Of a DNA stretch of 20,000 nt, positions 8,452 through 16,899 are shown in pieces; within the stretch, counting starts at the first letter, position 1; each line of letters starts with the position of its first letter. The position numbers and the translations under genes were made by a program. The stretch spans positions 56,166 to 76,165 of IMG/VR virus record IMGVR_UViG_3300036760_000336; one strand, 5' to 3'. This stretch comes from an uncultured virus (IMG/VR IMGVR_UViG_3300036760_000336) (taxonomy: Duplodnaviria; Heunggongvirae; Uroviricota; Caudoviricetes). Under the pieces are notes generated by a model. The model worked only from the letters and a program-made list of their open reading frames with translations, searched no databases and was not told the origin of the DNA.

Positions 8452-8749
8452 TCTTATTAAGGCGGGGATGGACAATGATACATTGGTATTTATATCAATC
8501 CCTAACGAATCATCATACGCAATAAAAGTTTCTGAATTGCGGAAATTGACATCGTTATGGAGACATTGGTTAAAATTCAGGAGGATATTTATAAATGAAA
8601 GTAGTCGGAATAGCAGGATATGCGAGATGCGGGAAGGATACATTCGTGGGGATAGCGAAGAACATTTTAATGAAGAACGGCTATCTCCCCTTCCGTGTGG
8701 CATTTGCGGACCAGTTGAAGAAAGAAGCTCAATCAATGCTGGAGGCTAA
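8405..8749 (+). CDS. Hypothetical protein with a MANKKLSDLP N-terminus
   Basis: AGGA SD upstream. The N-terminal KKxSxLP motif resembles the starts of phage fibre/structural proteins. The last 155 nt overlap the kinase gene. Confidence 0.5.
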   Translation: MANKKLSDLPRVTADDLIKAGMDNDTLVFISIPNESSYAIKVSELRKLTSLWRHWLKFRRIFINESSRNSRICEMREGYIRGDSEEHFNEERLSPLPCGICGPVEERSSINAGG

Positions 8750-9293
8750 TGCCTTTAAGGCATCGGTTTATACCGATGTCAGTGAAGAAAAAACCTTGAT
8801 CCGTCCTCTTCTCGTATGGTGGGGATGTCAGCGAAGATATGAAAGCCCCGAGGGGTTATATTGGGTAAATATTGCCGATGAAATAATCCACAATTACATG
8901 GCGATGACCCATCATACTATGGATACTGATGAAAATAAGCTTATAACTTTTGTATCTGACGTTCGATTTCCGAATGAAGCCAAATGGATTCATGAAAAGT
9001 GGGACGGAACAGTTATTCATTTGAAACGATATAGTATGAACTGGCGAAAGGGAGGTCAAGATGGAAGCGACCTATATCATGTGAAAGAGTACGACCCCGC
9101 TCCAAACGAGGAAGAAGAGAAACAAGATCCTATCGTTCAGAAAATGGCGGATCACTGTATCGAGTGGCAAAACAAGAAAAAAATGACAAGTGCCGAAGCG
9201 ATAGAAGATTTAGAACTTCAAAAAATAGTTTTGGAAGCCCTCAACTCAACGAAATTTTTCAAACATCCAACTATCGGGATATTATCCCAATAA
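8595..9293 (+). CDS. Deoxynucleoside monophosphate kinase, T4 gp1-like
   Basis: P-loop GIAGYARCGKDT, AFADQLK, RPLLxxWG and SDVRFPNEA, with an AGGAGG SD. Confidence 0.85.
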   Translation: MKVVGIAGYARCGKDTFVGIAKNILMKNGYLPFRVAFADQLKKEAQSMLEANAFKASVYTDVSEEKTLIRPLLVWWGCQRRYESPEGLYWVNIADEIIHNYMAMTHHTMDTDENKLITFVSDVRFPNEAKWIHEKWDGTVIHLKRYSMNWRKGGQDGSDLYHVKEYDPAPNEEEEKQDPIVQKMADHCIEWQNKKKMTSAEAIEDLELQKIVLEALNSTKFFKHPTIGILSQ

Positions 9294-9564
9294 GTTGTCC
9301 GTTGTCGTTATAGAAAGAAATTTGTCGTTCCGAAATTTTTGAGAGGAACTCGTGCTTTAATCTTGGAATTACGTTTCGTACTGCATTATGATAAACACCA
9401 TTACACATATTATAGATCTTCACCTTGTCCTCCCGCTTATAGCAACTACATGCTGCTGTGTAATTTTGAATACATTGTATCACTTGTAAAAAAGATGAAT
9501 CCATCCTTGTTATACCATTTCCTTCGAGAAAGTTAACGAACTGTGTAACATTTCGTATATCCAT
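9271..9564 (-). CDS. Hypothetical protein
   Basis: 97-aa ORF with several Cys (CSC), last gene of the minus-strand run. Confidence 0.65.
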   Translation of the reverse strand: MDIRNVTQFVNFLEGNGITRMDSSFLQVIQCIQNYTAACSCYKREDKVKIYNMCNGVYHNAVRNVIPRLKHEFLSKISERQISFYNDNGQLIGIISR

Positions 9565-9570
9565 AGGGTC

Positions 9571-9909
9571 TTATCCAAGTAGTTTATCAATGACGGTGAA
9601 TAGTAATAACCCACCAACGATGTAACCCGGAGTTAACCACATTGCAGTAATTACTCCGAAGAATATTCCCATCCATACTGCAAGGCAAACCGGACAAGTA
9701 ATCAATCTTATTACAAAGCAGTTGTGGTATAATCTAAGATAATGTAAATATTCTAATGATACATCTTCCTTGTGTTTAGTATCAAAGTCCTTATAGAACG
9801 ATAAGAAGTTTAACCGAAAAAGACGAGTATATTCAAGCCAGGCATCGGTACGAAACCATATCAAAAGATTCAAGGCGATAAGACATGTGAAAACGAATAG
9901 TGATGTCAT
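9571..9909 (-). CDS. DUF1360-like membrane protein
   Basis: Hydrophobic N- and C-terminal helices around LITCPVCLAVW. Confidence 0.65.
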   Translation of the reverse strand: MTSLFVFTCLIALNLLIWFRTDAWLEYTRLFRLNFLSFYKDFDTKHKEDVSLEYLHYLRLYHNCFVIRLITCPVCLAVWMGIFFGVITAMWLTPGYIVGGLLLFTVIDKLLG

Positions 9910-9914
9910 TATGC

Positions 9915-11207
9915 TTATAAATATATCAACTCTACATTATCAAGAGAAGGATTTTTGACTGCTACATTTTCCTGTATTCGGTTCGGTATTGGAAAAGTAT
10001 TTATTGTGAGATAGCCCTTTCCCCATTGGTATGTTCCAGGACCATCTTGATTACTTTGTTGGTGTAAAATATCGTTAAGATTGAGAAGTACATTATCTGA
10101 GAACACATTCATACTTTGATAGTCTATATCCATGATAACATCTTCGGTTTCCAAGGGCTTATTTACAAAAATATCTTTTCCTTCCCATGTTCGATAGTAC
10201 TTTTTGTATATCTCCCATAATGGTGGTGTAATGTCAAGAAGATTATTGGCAGGAATATGCAATTTGTCATATTCTTTAATTAAGTTGTTTCTCACCACTT
10301 CATTGTCAATGTATATCTTGTCAAATCTATAATAGTTTTGGAATATGACAACTCCATCAAGAGGAGTAACATTCTTGAAATTGATACTAGCGTGATATTT
10401 GTATTCTTTTAGAGGATCAAAAGTCGTTGTATGCTTAAATGTTGGCCATTTGCGAAGAAATCTTTGCATTTCAATTATATCGGCTATAGATTGGAGCCGG
10501 GTTCTTGCTTGGAATTTTTCAGTCCACCATTCAATTCCTCGGGACGAAATGCAGGTGAAATGATATACTAAAGCATTCCAAATTTGCTTAATTTTCAATC
10601 CTTTCATCGAAAAACGATATAATAAGTCAGAATCTTCCCGAGAACGACGAAAAAGGGTATCATGTCCTCCAATTTCAACCCAATTTTTCTTATAAAGAGT
10701 GAAGGGAGCGAACCAGAAGTCGGTCTGATGAAGGCTTTTATTTGCCTCGGCAAATGTTGTGAAATCATCCAGAATAAATGTTTTGGGGTCTAACCCAAAG
10801 TCATAGGTAATTTTTTCCGGAGATGGTGGGTGAAGTGGTGGCTCGATTCTGGTAGCTGATATGATAGTATCGGGAGTTAGATATTTCAATATTTCATCAT
10901 CATAATCTTTACAGATGATCATATCGCTCTGTAAGTAACTTACAACATCAGTTTGAGCCATTTCAAACATTAAGTTTATATTTCTAGAATATCCCAAAGG
11001 TATTGGTAATGGATTTTTTATAATTCTGAGATTGGGGAAGTGTTGTTTTTGAGTTACGAGGAAGCTCGTGGTGTCCTGATTATCATTTTCCACATAAACG
11101 AGAATGTCGTGGTCTTTGCGGGAAAGATTTTTGGCAAGAGAACGGAAAAGTAACTCAAGATGCTGTCGCTCGTTTTTAGCAGTATTGATGCAGAAAGTTA
11201 TTTTCAT
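9915..11207 (-). CDS. Glycosyltransferase family 2 (GT-A) with C-terminal extension
   Basis: MKITFCIN start coupled by an ATGA overlap; VYVEND, YLQSDM, IGGHD, REDSD and VYHF motifs. Confidence 0.85.
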   Translation of the reverse strand: MKITFCINTAKNERQHLELLFRSLAKNLSRKDHDILVYVENDNQDTTSFLVTQKQHFPNLRIIKNPLPIPLGYSRNINLMFEMAQTDVVSYLQSDMIICKDYDDEILKYLTPDTIISATRIEPPLHPPSPEKITYDFGLDPKTFILDDFTTFAEANKSLHQTDFWFAPFTLYKKNWVEIGGHDTLFRRSREDSDLLYRFSMKGLKIKQIWNALVYHFTCISSRGIEWWTEKFQARTRLQSIADIIEMQRFLRKWPTFKHTTTFDPLKEYKYHASINFKNVTPLDGVVIFQNYYRFDKIYIDNEVVRNNLIKEYDKLHIPANNLLDITPPLWEIYKKYYRTWEGKDIFVNKPLETEDVIMDIDYQSMNVFSDNVLLNLNDILHQQSNQDGPGTYQWGKGYLTINTFPIPNRIQENVAVKNPSLDNVELIYL

Positions 11208-12058
11208 AGAACTTTTTCTATAGTACGACACAATCCTTCATCAAATCCAATCAATTTATCGACTATAGGCAATTCATAAAGATTTTTATAATCACCTGTA
11301 TAACTTCCATACCCAAATGGTTCTATTTCTTTGATTGCAGGTCCATGTATTTTGGTATGTTTATGTATAAGATTTGCTATTTTCAACAAATCCATTTTTT
11401 TGTCATAAACTAGGTTGAGATTTCGTTGCCAAGTTGGATTATGGAAAATATAATCCATCACTATGAAAATGTCATCCATGTAAAAAAAATCCATCTCCAT
11501 ATTCCGATGGATTTCTATTGGCAATCCTTTTTTAAGATTGAGAATAGAACGTTTTATAAAGCGGGTATCCTCTTCATTATAATTGAAACATCCAAAAATG
11601 CGAAGCACCCACATATTCTCGAAATCCGAAAGTGCTCTTCGTGCAATAATATTTTTTGATAAGCCATAAGGATCGGTGGGCCACCTGGAGAAAAGGTACT
11701 CTTCACGACATAATTGTATTGGATATCTTCTATCAAACTCTGCTCCCGAACCTATAAGAATTGTTGGAGGAAAATCATGATAGTTTTGAAGTATAGCACG
11801 ATATAGATTTTCAAACATTCTGATATTTGGAATATATACTTCATCAAATGTATCCTTTTTGGTGCGTTTCCCTCCCTTTGTAGCAGCATGGATAATAGCA
11901 TCTGGATGATTTTGTTTTAGATATTCAACCAAAGATTCAAAATTGAAAAGATCCAGTTCTGTTCGTGAAGGAGCAAGAACATCATACCCCGCCCGTTCAA
12001 ATAGAGGTTTGAGATTTCTTGCTATATAGCCGCTTCCACCTGTGATTAGGAGTTTCAT
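11204..12058 (-). CDS. NAD-dependent epimerase/reductase (extended SDR)
   Basis: LITGGSGYIA, GSGAEF and catalytic YGLSK. Confidence 0.9.
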   Translation of the reverse strand: MKLLITGGSGYIARNLKPLFERAGYDVLAPSRTELDLFNFESLVEYLKQNHPDAIIHAATKGGKRTKKDTFDEVYIPNIRMFENLYRAILQNYHDFPPTILIGSGAEFDRRYPIQLCREEYLFSRWPTDPYGLSKNIIARRALSDFENMWVLRIFGCFNYNEEDTRFIKRSILNLKKGLPIEIHRNMEMDFFYMDDIFIVMDYIFHNPTWQRNLNLVYDKKMDLLKIANLIHKHTKIHGPAIKEIEPFGYGSYTGDYKNLYELPIVDKLIGFDEGLCRTIEKVL

Positions 12059-12537
12059 TTAATTAGATTTATGTAATGAGGTTTTTCATCATGTAAAAAA
12101 AGTAGAAATTCGTTTGTTAGATCTAATACCGTTGGCGGTTTTGATGAAATGATGCTTTTGAATTGTTTCATAATTGCCATATCTTCTTCGGCCCAGTGCG
12201 TAAAACCTAAATATCCATAATCTTTATCTCTTCCTCCACCAACCAGTTTTATAGGAAGTTTTTCATATTCCATAAAATTTCTTATGAACTCGAATGGACG
12301 ATAAAGCAGAAAAGATGTAATGGAATAGCAGATAGGGGTCTTTCCTTCCATTGCTAAACCAGCGGCAACTCCAATCATAAATTGTTCAGCCGAACCCACA
12401 TTGAAAAATCTATCAAAAAATTCTTTACGAATATCGTCCCATAGACCATATCCCATATCAGCGGTTATAAGGATGATGTTTTTTCCACGATCCTTACGCA
12501 TTTCTGTTAAAAGCATTTTGGCAAAATCTCGTCTCAT
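12055..12537 (-). CDS. Transketolase-like subunit, pyrimidine-binding domain only
   Basis: ITADMG, RFFNVGSAEQFMIGVAAGLA, RPFEFIR and GFTH motifs; ATGA-coupled start; 160 aa. Confidence 0.88.
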   Translation of the reverse strand: MRRDFAKMLLTEMRKDRGKNIILITADMGYGLWDDIRKEFFDRFFNVGSAEQFMIGVAAGLAMEGKTPICYSITSFLLYRPFEFIRNFMEYEKLPIKLVGGGRDKDYGYLGFTHWAEEDMAIMKQFKSIISSKPPTVLDLTNEFLLFLHDEKPHYINLIK

Positions 12538-13169
12538 TTGCATATCTCCATTGCTATATCATAATCTTCTTTGGACATTATTTTATAATGGGCGTTCAAA
12601 TCATGAAGGAAGGGGAAGTGTTCGGAAGTGCAGTTTATAATTGAAACTTGAGCTTTTTGAGTAAATCCCGATATTTGACGATATAATTTATATGGTGGAA
12701 TTGGATCATAAGCACCATAGCCATTAGACATAATATACACTTGAATGTTGGGAACATCATTCATGTCTAAAAATCGTAATGCTTCCCAAAATACACCCTC
12801 GGCTGTTTCTCCATCACTAACCATTACGTGAATTCGACGATTTTTATTAGTCAATGCTCGGCCAACGGCGGCAGCTATTCCCATTCCTAAACTGCCAGTA
12901 GAGCAGTAAATGTGATTTTCCTCGTCTAAGTGAGGATGTCCACCATGCTTTTTGAAAAGTTCCTCGGCATCATGACCATAGTATTTTTCAAGTACAACAT
13001 ATAAAGCGAGGGCAGCATGTCCATTAGAAAGAATGAAAATGTCATCGAGTTTCTTTTTCTTAAAAATCCAATCAATCGTATCTACACATGAAAAATAGCT
13101 TCCCAGATGAGCAAGTTTATGTTTATAAGCAATCTCAATTATTCGTTTCTTCAAGTCTTTATTTACCAT
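12534..13169 (-). CDS. Transketolase-like subunit, ThDP-binding N-terminal domain
   Basis: AHLGS, ILSNGHA, GHP, STGSLGMG and SDGETAEG...N motifs. Confidence 0.9.
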   Translation of the reverse strand: MVNKDLKKRIIEIAYKHKLAHLGSYFSCVDTIDWIFKKKKLDDIFILSNGHAALALYVVLEKYYGHDAEELFKKHGGHPHLDEENHIYCSTGSLGMGIAAAVGRALTNKNRRIHVMVSDGETAEGVFWEALRFLDMNDVPNIQVYIMSNGYGAYDPIPPYKLYRQISGFTQKAQVSIINCTSEHFPFLHDLNAHYKIMSKEDYDIAMEICK

Positions 13170-14134
13170 ATAAAATTGTCCTGGTAATATTTTACCACAG
13201 CCGGCAATTCTTTGTCAAATTCACAGAGATTTTTCCACCCGAGTTTTCGTAATTTACTATCATCAAGACTATAGCGTAAATCTTGACCATCACGAGAATA
13301 TGAAAAATCACAATAATCTTTTGCTTTTCCAGTTAAATTCACATCTGAACTCATAATAAGTTTAGTTATTTTTTTGACTACCTCTATATTAGAAAGTTCA
13401 CAATCTCCCGAGATGTTATATATCTCATTGAGTGGCGCTCCTTCATCATTGGCATAGATTATAGTTACAACGGCATATGCTGTGTCTTTAGCATGTAACC
13501 ATACTCGTTTTGGAAGCCCAAAATTATGAAGAGGAATTTTTTTCCCGAGTTGAATAAATTTGCATGTCTTGGGAATGAGTTTTTCTACGTACTGTCCAAT
13601 CCCATAGTTATTCGTAGGTCTAACAATAATGTATGGAACCTTGAACGTTCTTCCCCAAGCTGTGATAAGCATATCTGCCGCTGCTTTAGTTGCTGAATAT
13701 GGATTGCTTGGTTTGAGTAAATCTTTTTCCGTATATGAACCTTCTTTGATGTTTCCATATACTTCGTCGGTGCTAAAATGTAAAAATATTGGCATCTTGT
13801 ACCTATCCTTTTGACGAATGAGTTCCAATAGATGTTTTACTCCTTTGATATTAGAATGAATGAACTCATCACTATTTACGATAGAATTGTCCACATGTGT
13901 TTCAGCAGCAATATTGATTACATAATCGCAATCGTATAATGAAGTCAGATCATTTATATCGGCGTGGATAAACTTGAATTCTTTCCATTGAAGAAACTCT
14001 TTCAATGCCTCTGGTTGAGCGGCATAGGTCATTTTATCTACTCCGATGACATACCATCCTTCATCTAAACATTCTCTGGTAACATATGCTCCAATAAATC
14101 CAAGGCAACCTGTAATATATACTATTTTTTTCAT
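13163..14134 (-). CDS. rmlB: dTDP-glucose 4,6-dehydratase
   Basis: TGCLGFIG, DKMTYA, AAETHVD, STDEVYG, PYSATKA, NNYGxxQxxEKLIP and RDGQDLRY motifs; ATGA-coupled start. Confidence 0.9.
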   Translation of the reverse strand: MKKIVYITGCLGFIGAYVTRECLDEGWYVIGVDKMTYAAQPEALKEFLQWKEFKFIHADINDLTSLYDCDYVINIAAETHVDNSIVNSDEFIHSNIKGVKHLLELIRQKDRYKMPIFLHFSTDEVYGNIKEGSYTEKDLLKPSNPYSATKAAADMLITAWGRTFKVPYIIVRPTNNYGIGQYVEKLIPKTCKFIQLGKKIPLHNFGLPKRVWLHAKDTAYAVVTIIYANDEGAPLNEIYNISGDCELSNIEVVKKITKLIMSSDVNLTGKAKDYCDFSYSRDGQDLRYSLDDSKLRKLGWKNLCEFDKELPAVVKYYQDNFIW

Positions 14135-14829
14135 AACATTTTCTTGAATTGAAAGTAAAAATTCCAACTCTGTATTAGTTCATCCGGCATTGTTTCCTCA
14201 CTATTCAGTTTTGGGTAATGCGGAGTTTGTAGCGGTGACGGATAGACCGCAACAGACTCAAGTTTATGTATGTACATAAAATACAAAAAATTGTCGTAAT
14301 CCCATAATCCTCTATATAAAAACTGGTGGGCCATTCTCCAATTTGGAATGCTTATCATTAAAATAGAGTTCTTGTGCATCAAACTGTATATTTTTTTCAT
14401 TACATTTGACGGAGCTATCAAGTGTTCGAGGGTATCATTACAAATAATAAGATCATAGACAGGAAAAAGTCCACTTACATCCATATCCATAGAAATATCT
14501 TTCACAAAAAAGGTTCCTTTGAACTTTTTATTATCAAAATATTTTTTGGCAAATGGTTTATCTACTAAATGATAATTCACTGGATACGAAAGTTTGGTTT
14601 GTATTTTTTGACTTAGAATACCCGGGCCAGACCCAACTTCCAGTATGGTCTTGACCTGAATTGAAGAGACAATTTCAACAGTAAGAGATGCTTCGTATTC
14701 ATATCGGTTATCCCACCCGTTTTCGTCTAATCGTCCGACAGTATCCCATTCATTTGGATCGAGAGTATCTACTTTGTTGGCAGTAAAACTTCGTTCAAAA
14801 TCGTTATGTGTAACTCGGAACATTGCCAT
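14131..14829 (-). CDS. Class I SAM-dependent methyltransferase
   Basis: ILEVGSGPG, YDLIICNDTLEHL and ISIPN motifs. Confidence 0.85.
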   Translation of the reverse strand: MAMFRVTHNDFERSFTANKVDTLDPNEWDTVGRLDENGWDNRYEYEASLTVEIVSSIQVKTILEVGSGPGILSQKIQTKLSYPVNYHLVDKPFAKKYFDNKKFKGTFFVKDISMDMDVSGLFPVYDLIICNDTLEHLIAPSNVMKKIYSLMHKNSILMISIPNWRMAHQFLYRGLWDYDNFLYFMYIHKLESVAVYPSPLQTPHYPKLNSEETMPDELIQSWNFYFQFKKML

Positions 14830-14830
14830 A

Positions 14831-15493
14831 TTAGGTAATTTGTTTCATTTGAAGATTGGTCAGGTCATATTTATATTTTATGGACGATTTTTTCAAAAAT
14901 ACTTGCCAGGCGTGGTCAAGCATTTGAAAATTTCCCTGATAAGCATTTAAAAAGGCATCAATTCCTAGTTTTGGTTTTTGTTTTTCGTCAGTGGTATGAA
15001 TACCCCATCCATAATTGTTGAAAATAAGAATTCCTCCATCTTTGAGGAGATTCCATGACAGAACAGCATCACTTAATACATCAATTGCCAAATTAGAACC
15101 ATCAACATAAACATAATCCACAGTTTCAGATATGAATACACTTGGATCACGAAGTATGTCATACGATTTTCCTTTCATAAACCGAATGTTTTTGTAAGGA
15201 ACAATGTTATTTGTGAGATATTCAGTCTCGGTGATGTCAATAGTGTAATGGAGACTATTTTCTCCATTTGTAATTCTATCGGCGCAGAACACAGCGCAAT
15301 CTCCATTATACGCTCCTATTTCTATCCCAAGTACATTTGGTTTATTTGAAAAATGCCCTAAATAAGTTTGCCATTTTGGAATCCACTTCTCAAAAAAATT
15401 TGATCCCATAAATCCTTCGGGTCTTTTCATGTGAAATGGATAAGTGTAGGTTGTAATATCTTTTGTTAATGTATATTCCGCTTTATCACTCAT
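14831..15493 (-). CDS. Class I SAM-dependent methyltransferase, Methyltransf_24-like
   Basis: IEIGAYNG, DYVYVDGS and LLKDGGILIF motifs. Confidence 0.78.
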   Translation of the reverse strand: MSDKAEYTLTKDITTYTYPFHMKRPEGFMGSNFFEKWIPKWQTYLGHFSNKPNVLGIEIGAYNGDCAVFCADRITNGENSLHYTIDITETEYLTNNIVPYKNIRFMKGKSYDILRDPSVFISETVDYVYVDGSNLAIDVLSDAVLSWNLLKDGGILIFNNYGWGIHTTDEKQKPKLGIDAFLNAYQGNFQMLDHAWQVFLKKSSIKYKYDLTNLQMKQIT

Positions 15494-16848
15494 ATGTTTT
15501 TAAAAAATTCCTTTACTATTTGTTCTACATAATCCAGTTGTGGTGATGTAATTACTGGACTGGTTCCTAAAAAGAAAGTGTTGGTTGTTACTAAAGTTGC
15601 CACCGGAAAAAGTTTTCTCGCCCACTCAGCGTTCATTCCTATTGCTTGTCGTAATATTCCATAATCATTATGCCACCACCCTATGTCTGCATATGCAGGT
15701 TGAAGAAGAAGATTGCCGCCGAAATAATTTCGGGTTTGAATCTTGTATTCTTCCAAATAACTTGTAAGTTTAGATCGTGTAAATGGGCCACATTGTTTTA
15801 CTGTAAGAGGAAATGCAAACCAAGAAGGATCTGAATTCGGCGTAGCTTCATGAATATATAGAAATTCTTCATAGGGTTTGAATATATCATATAACCGCTT
15901 ATAGTTTGCCTTCCGTATTTCGTGGATTTTTGGTAATTTTTTCATCTGAGCAAGTCCAATAGAACATTGAAGTTCTATGGGTTTCAGATTATACCCGATA
16001 TTATCATATACATATTTGTGATCAAATATTTCTTCTGGAAGCGAAGGCAACCAGTTTTTGAATCGGCATCCACAGGTGCCCTTGGGTGAAAGATTTGCCT
16101 TCTTTCCAACACAATAGCATCCACGTCCCCACTCTCTAAAGCTACGGGCGATTTTCTTTTGTTCTTCATTTTCACAAGCAAGAAATCCACCTTCGCCCAT
16201 TGTCATATGATGAGCGGGGTAAAATGAGCATGTAGATAATTTTCCATAACTTCCCAGAGGCTTGTTTCTGTAAGTTGAGCCGAGGGCATCACAACAATCT
16301 TCCAAAAATATCATGCCATATCTATCCATAATGTCGATCAATTCATCCATATTGGGAGGATTGCCTAACACATGAGCAAATATAATAACTGCGGCACCAT
16401 TTTTGGCAGCTATTTTTACTTGATACAAATCCGGACCAAGATTCCACGGATCAATATCAATAAATACAGGTTCAAATCCGGCTTGAATGATTGGATTGAC
16501 TGTCGTTGGAAATCCTGCTACAGGAACAATGACCTTGGTTCTGTTTTTGAGTTTGAAGTACTTCTTGGCAGTGACCATCATTAAAAGATTGGCACTGGAA
16601 CCACTATTGGTGATTATGCCATAGTATTTTCCAAGCAGGGATGGAAACGTCTTTTCAAATTCCACCGCATCTTGTCCAAGAATAAGCCATTCATCGAGCA
16701 ATGTGTTTATCGCTTTGGAATACTCCTCACCATCAAAGTAAGGACCAGAATATTGAACCCAATCTTTACCTGGAGTCCATATTTTGGCCGCTTGTTTTTC
16801 GGCCATATATTCTTCGATGAGGTTTAATATTTCTTGTTTTGTAACCAT
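15490..16848 (-). CDS. rfbH: NDP-4-keto-6-deoxyglucose 3-dehydrase (E1, RfbH/DdhC type)
   Basis: NSGSSANL, AGFPTTVNP, HVLGNP, EDCCDALG, SFYPAHHMTMGEGG (His in place of the PLP Lys), Cys cluster WGRGCYC...TCGCRF, DHKYVY and TRxxFGGNL. Confidence 0.92.
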   Translation of the reverse strand: MVTKQEILNLIEEYMAEKQAAKIWTPGKDWVQYSGPYFDGEEYSKAINTLLDEWLILGQDAVEFEKTFPSLLGKYYGIITNSGSSANLLMMVTAKKYFKLKNRTKVIVPVAGFPTTVNPIIQAGFEPVFIDIDPWNLGPDLYQVKIAAKNGAAVIIFAHVLGNPPNMDELIDIMDRYGMIFLEDCCDALGSTYRNKPLGSYGKLSTCSFYPAHHMTMGEGGFLACENEEQKKIARSFREWGRGCYCVGKKANLSPKGTCGCRFKNWLPSLPEEIFDHKYVYDNIGYNLKPIELQCSIGLAQMKKLPKIHEIRKANYKRLYDIFKPYEEFLYIHEATPNSDPSWFAFPLTVKQCGPFTRSKLTSYLEEYKIQTRNYFGGNLLLQPAYADIGWWHNDYGILRQAIGMNAEWARKLFPVATLVTTNTFFLGTSPVITSPQLDYVEQIVKEFFKNI

Positions 16849-16856
16849 ATTTTTGT

Positions 16857-16885
16857 AGTATATCACCTTTGTTACTACCTGGCAA
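16857..16885 (-). promoter_or_regulatory. Sigma70-like promoter with extended -10, internal to the glycan cluster
   Basis: On the minus strand: TTGCCA (16885-16880), 17-nt spacer, TG-n-TATACT (16862-16857). The ATG at 16848 is 8 nt downstream. Confidence 0.7.
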
Positions 16886-16899
16886 CTTATTTTATGTTC

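Noticed and set aside
12055..13169. Transketolase as a pentose-phosphate auxiliary metabolic gene
   Set aside because: It is embedded and translationally coupled between NDP-sugar enzymes, with no other pentose-phosphate genes nearby.
15490..16848. DegT-type aminotransferase or ColD call
   Set aside because: His replaces the catalytic Lys, and the Cys-rich Fe-S segment typical of E1 (absent from ColD) is present.
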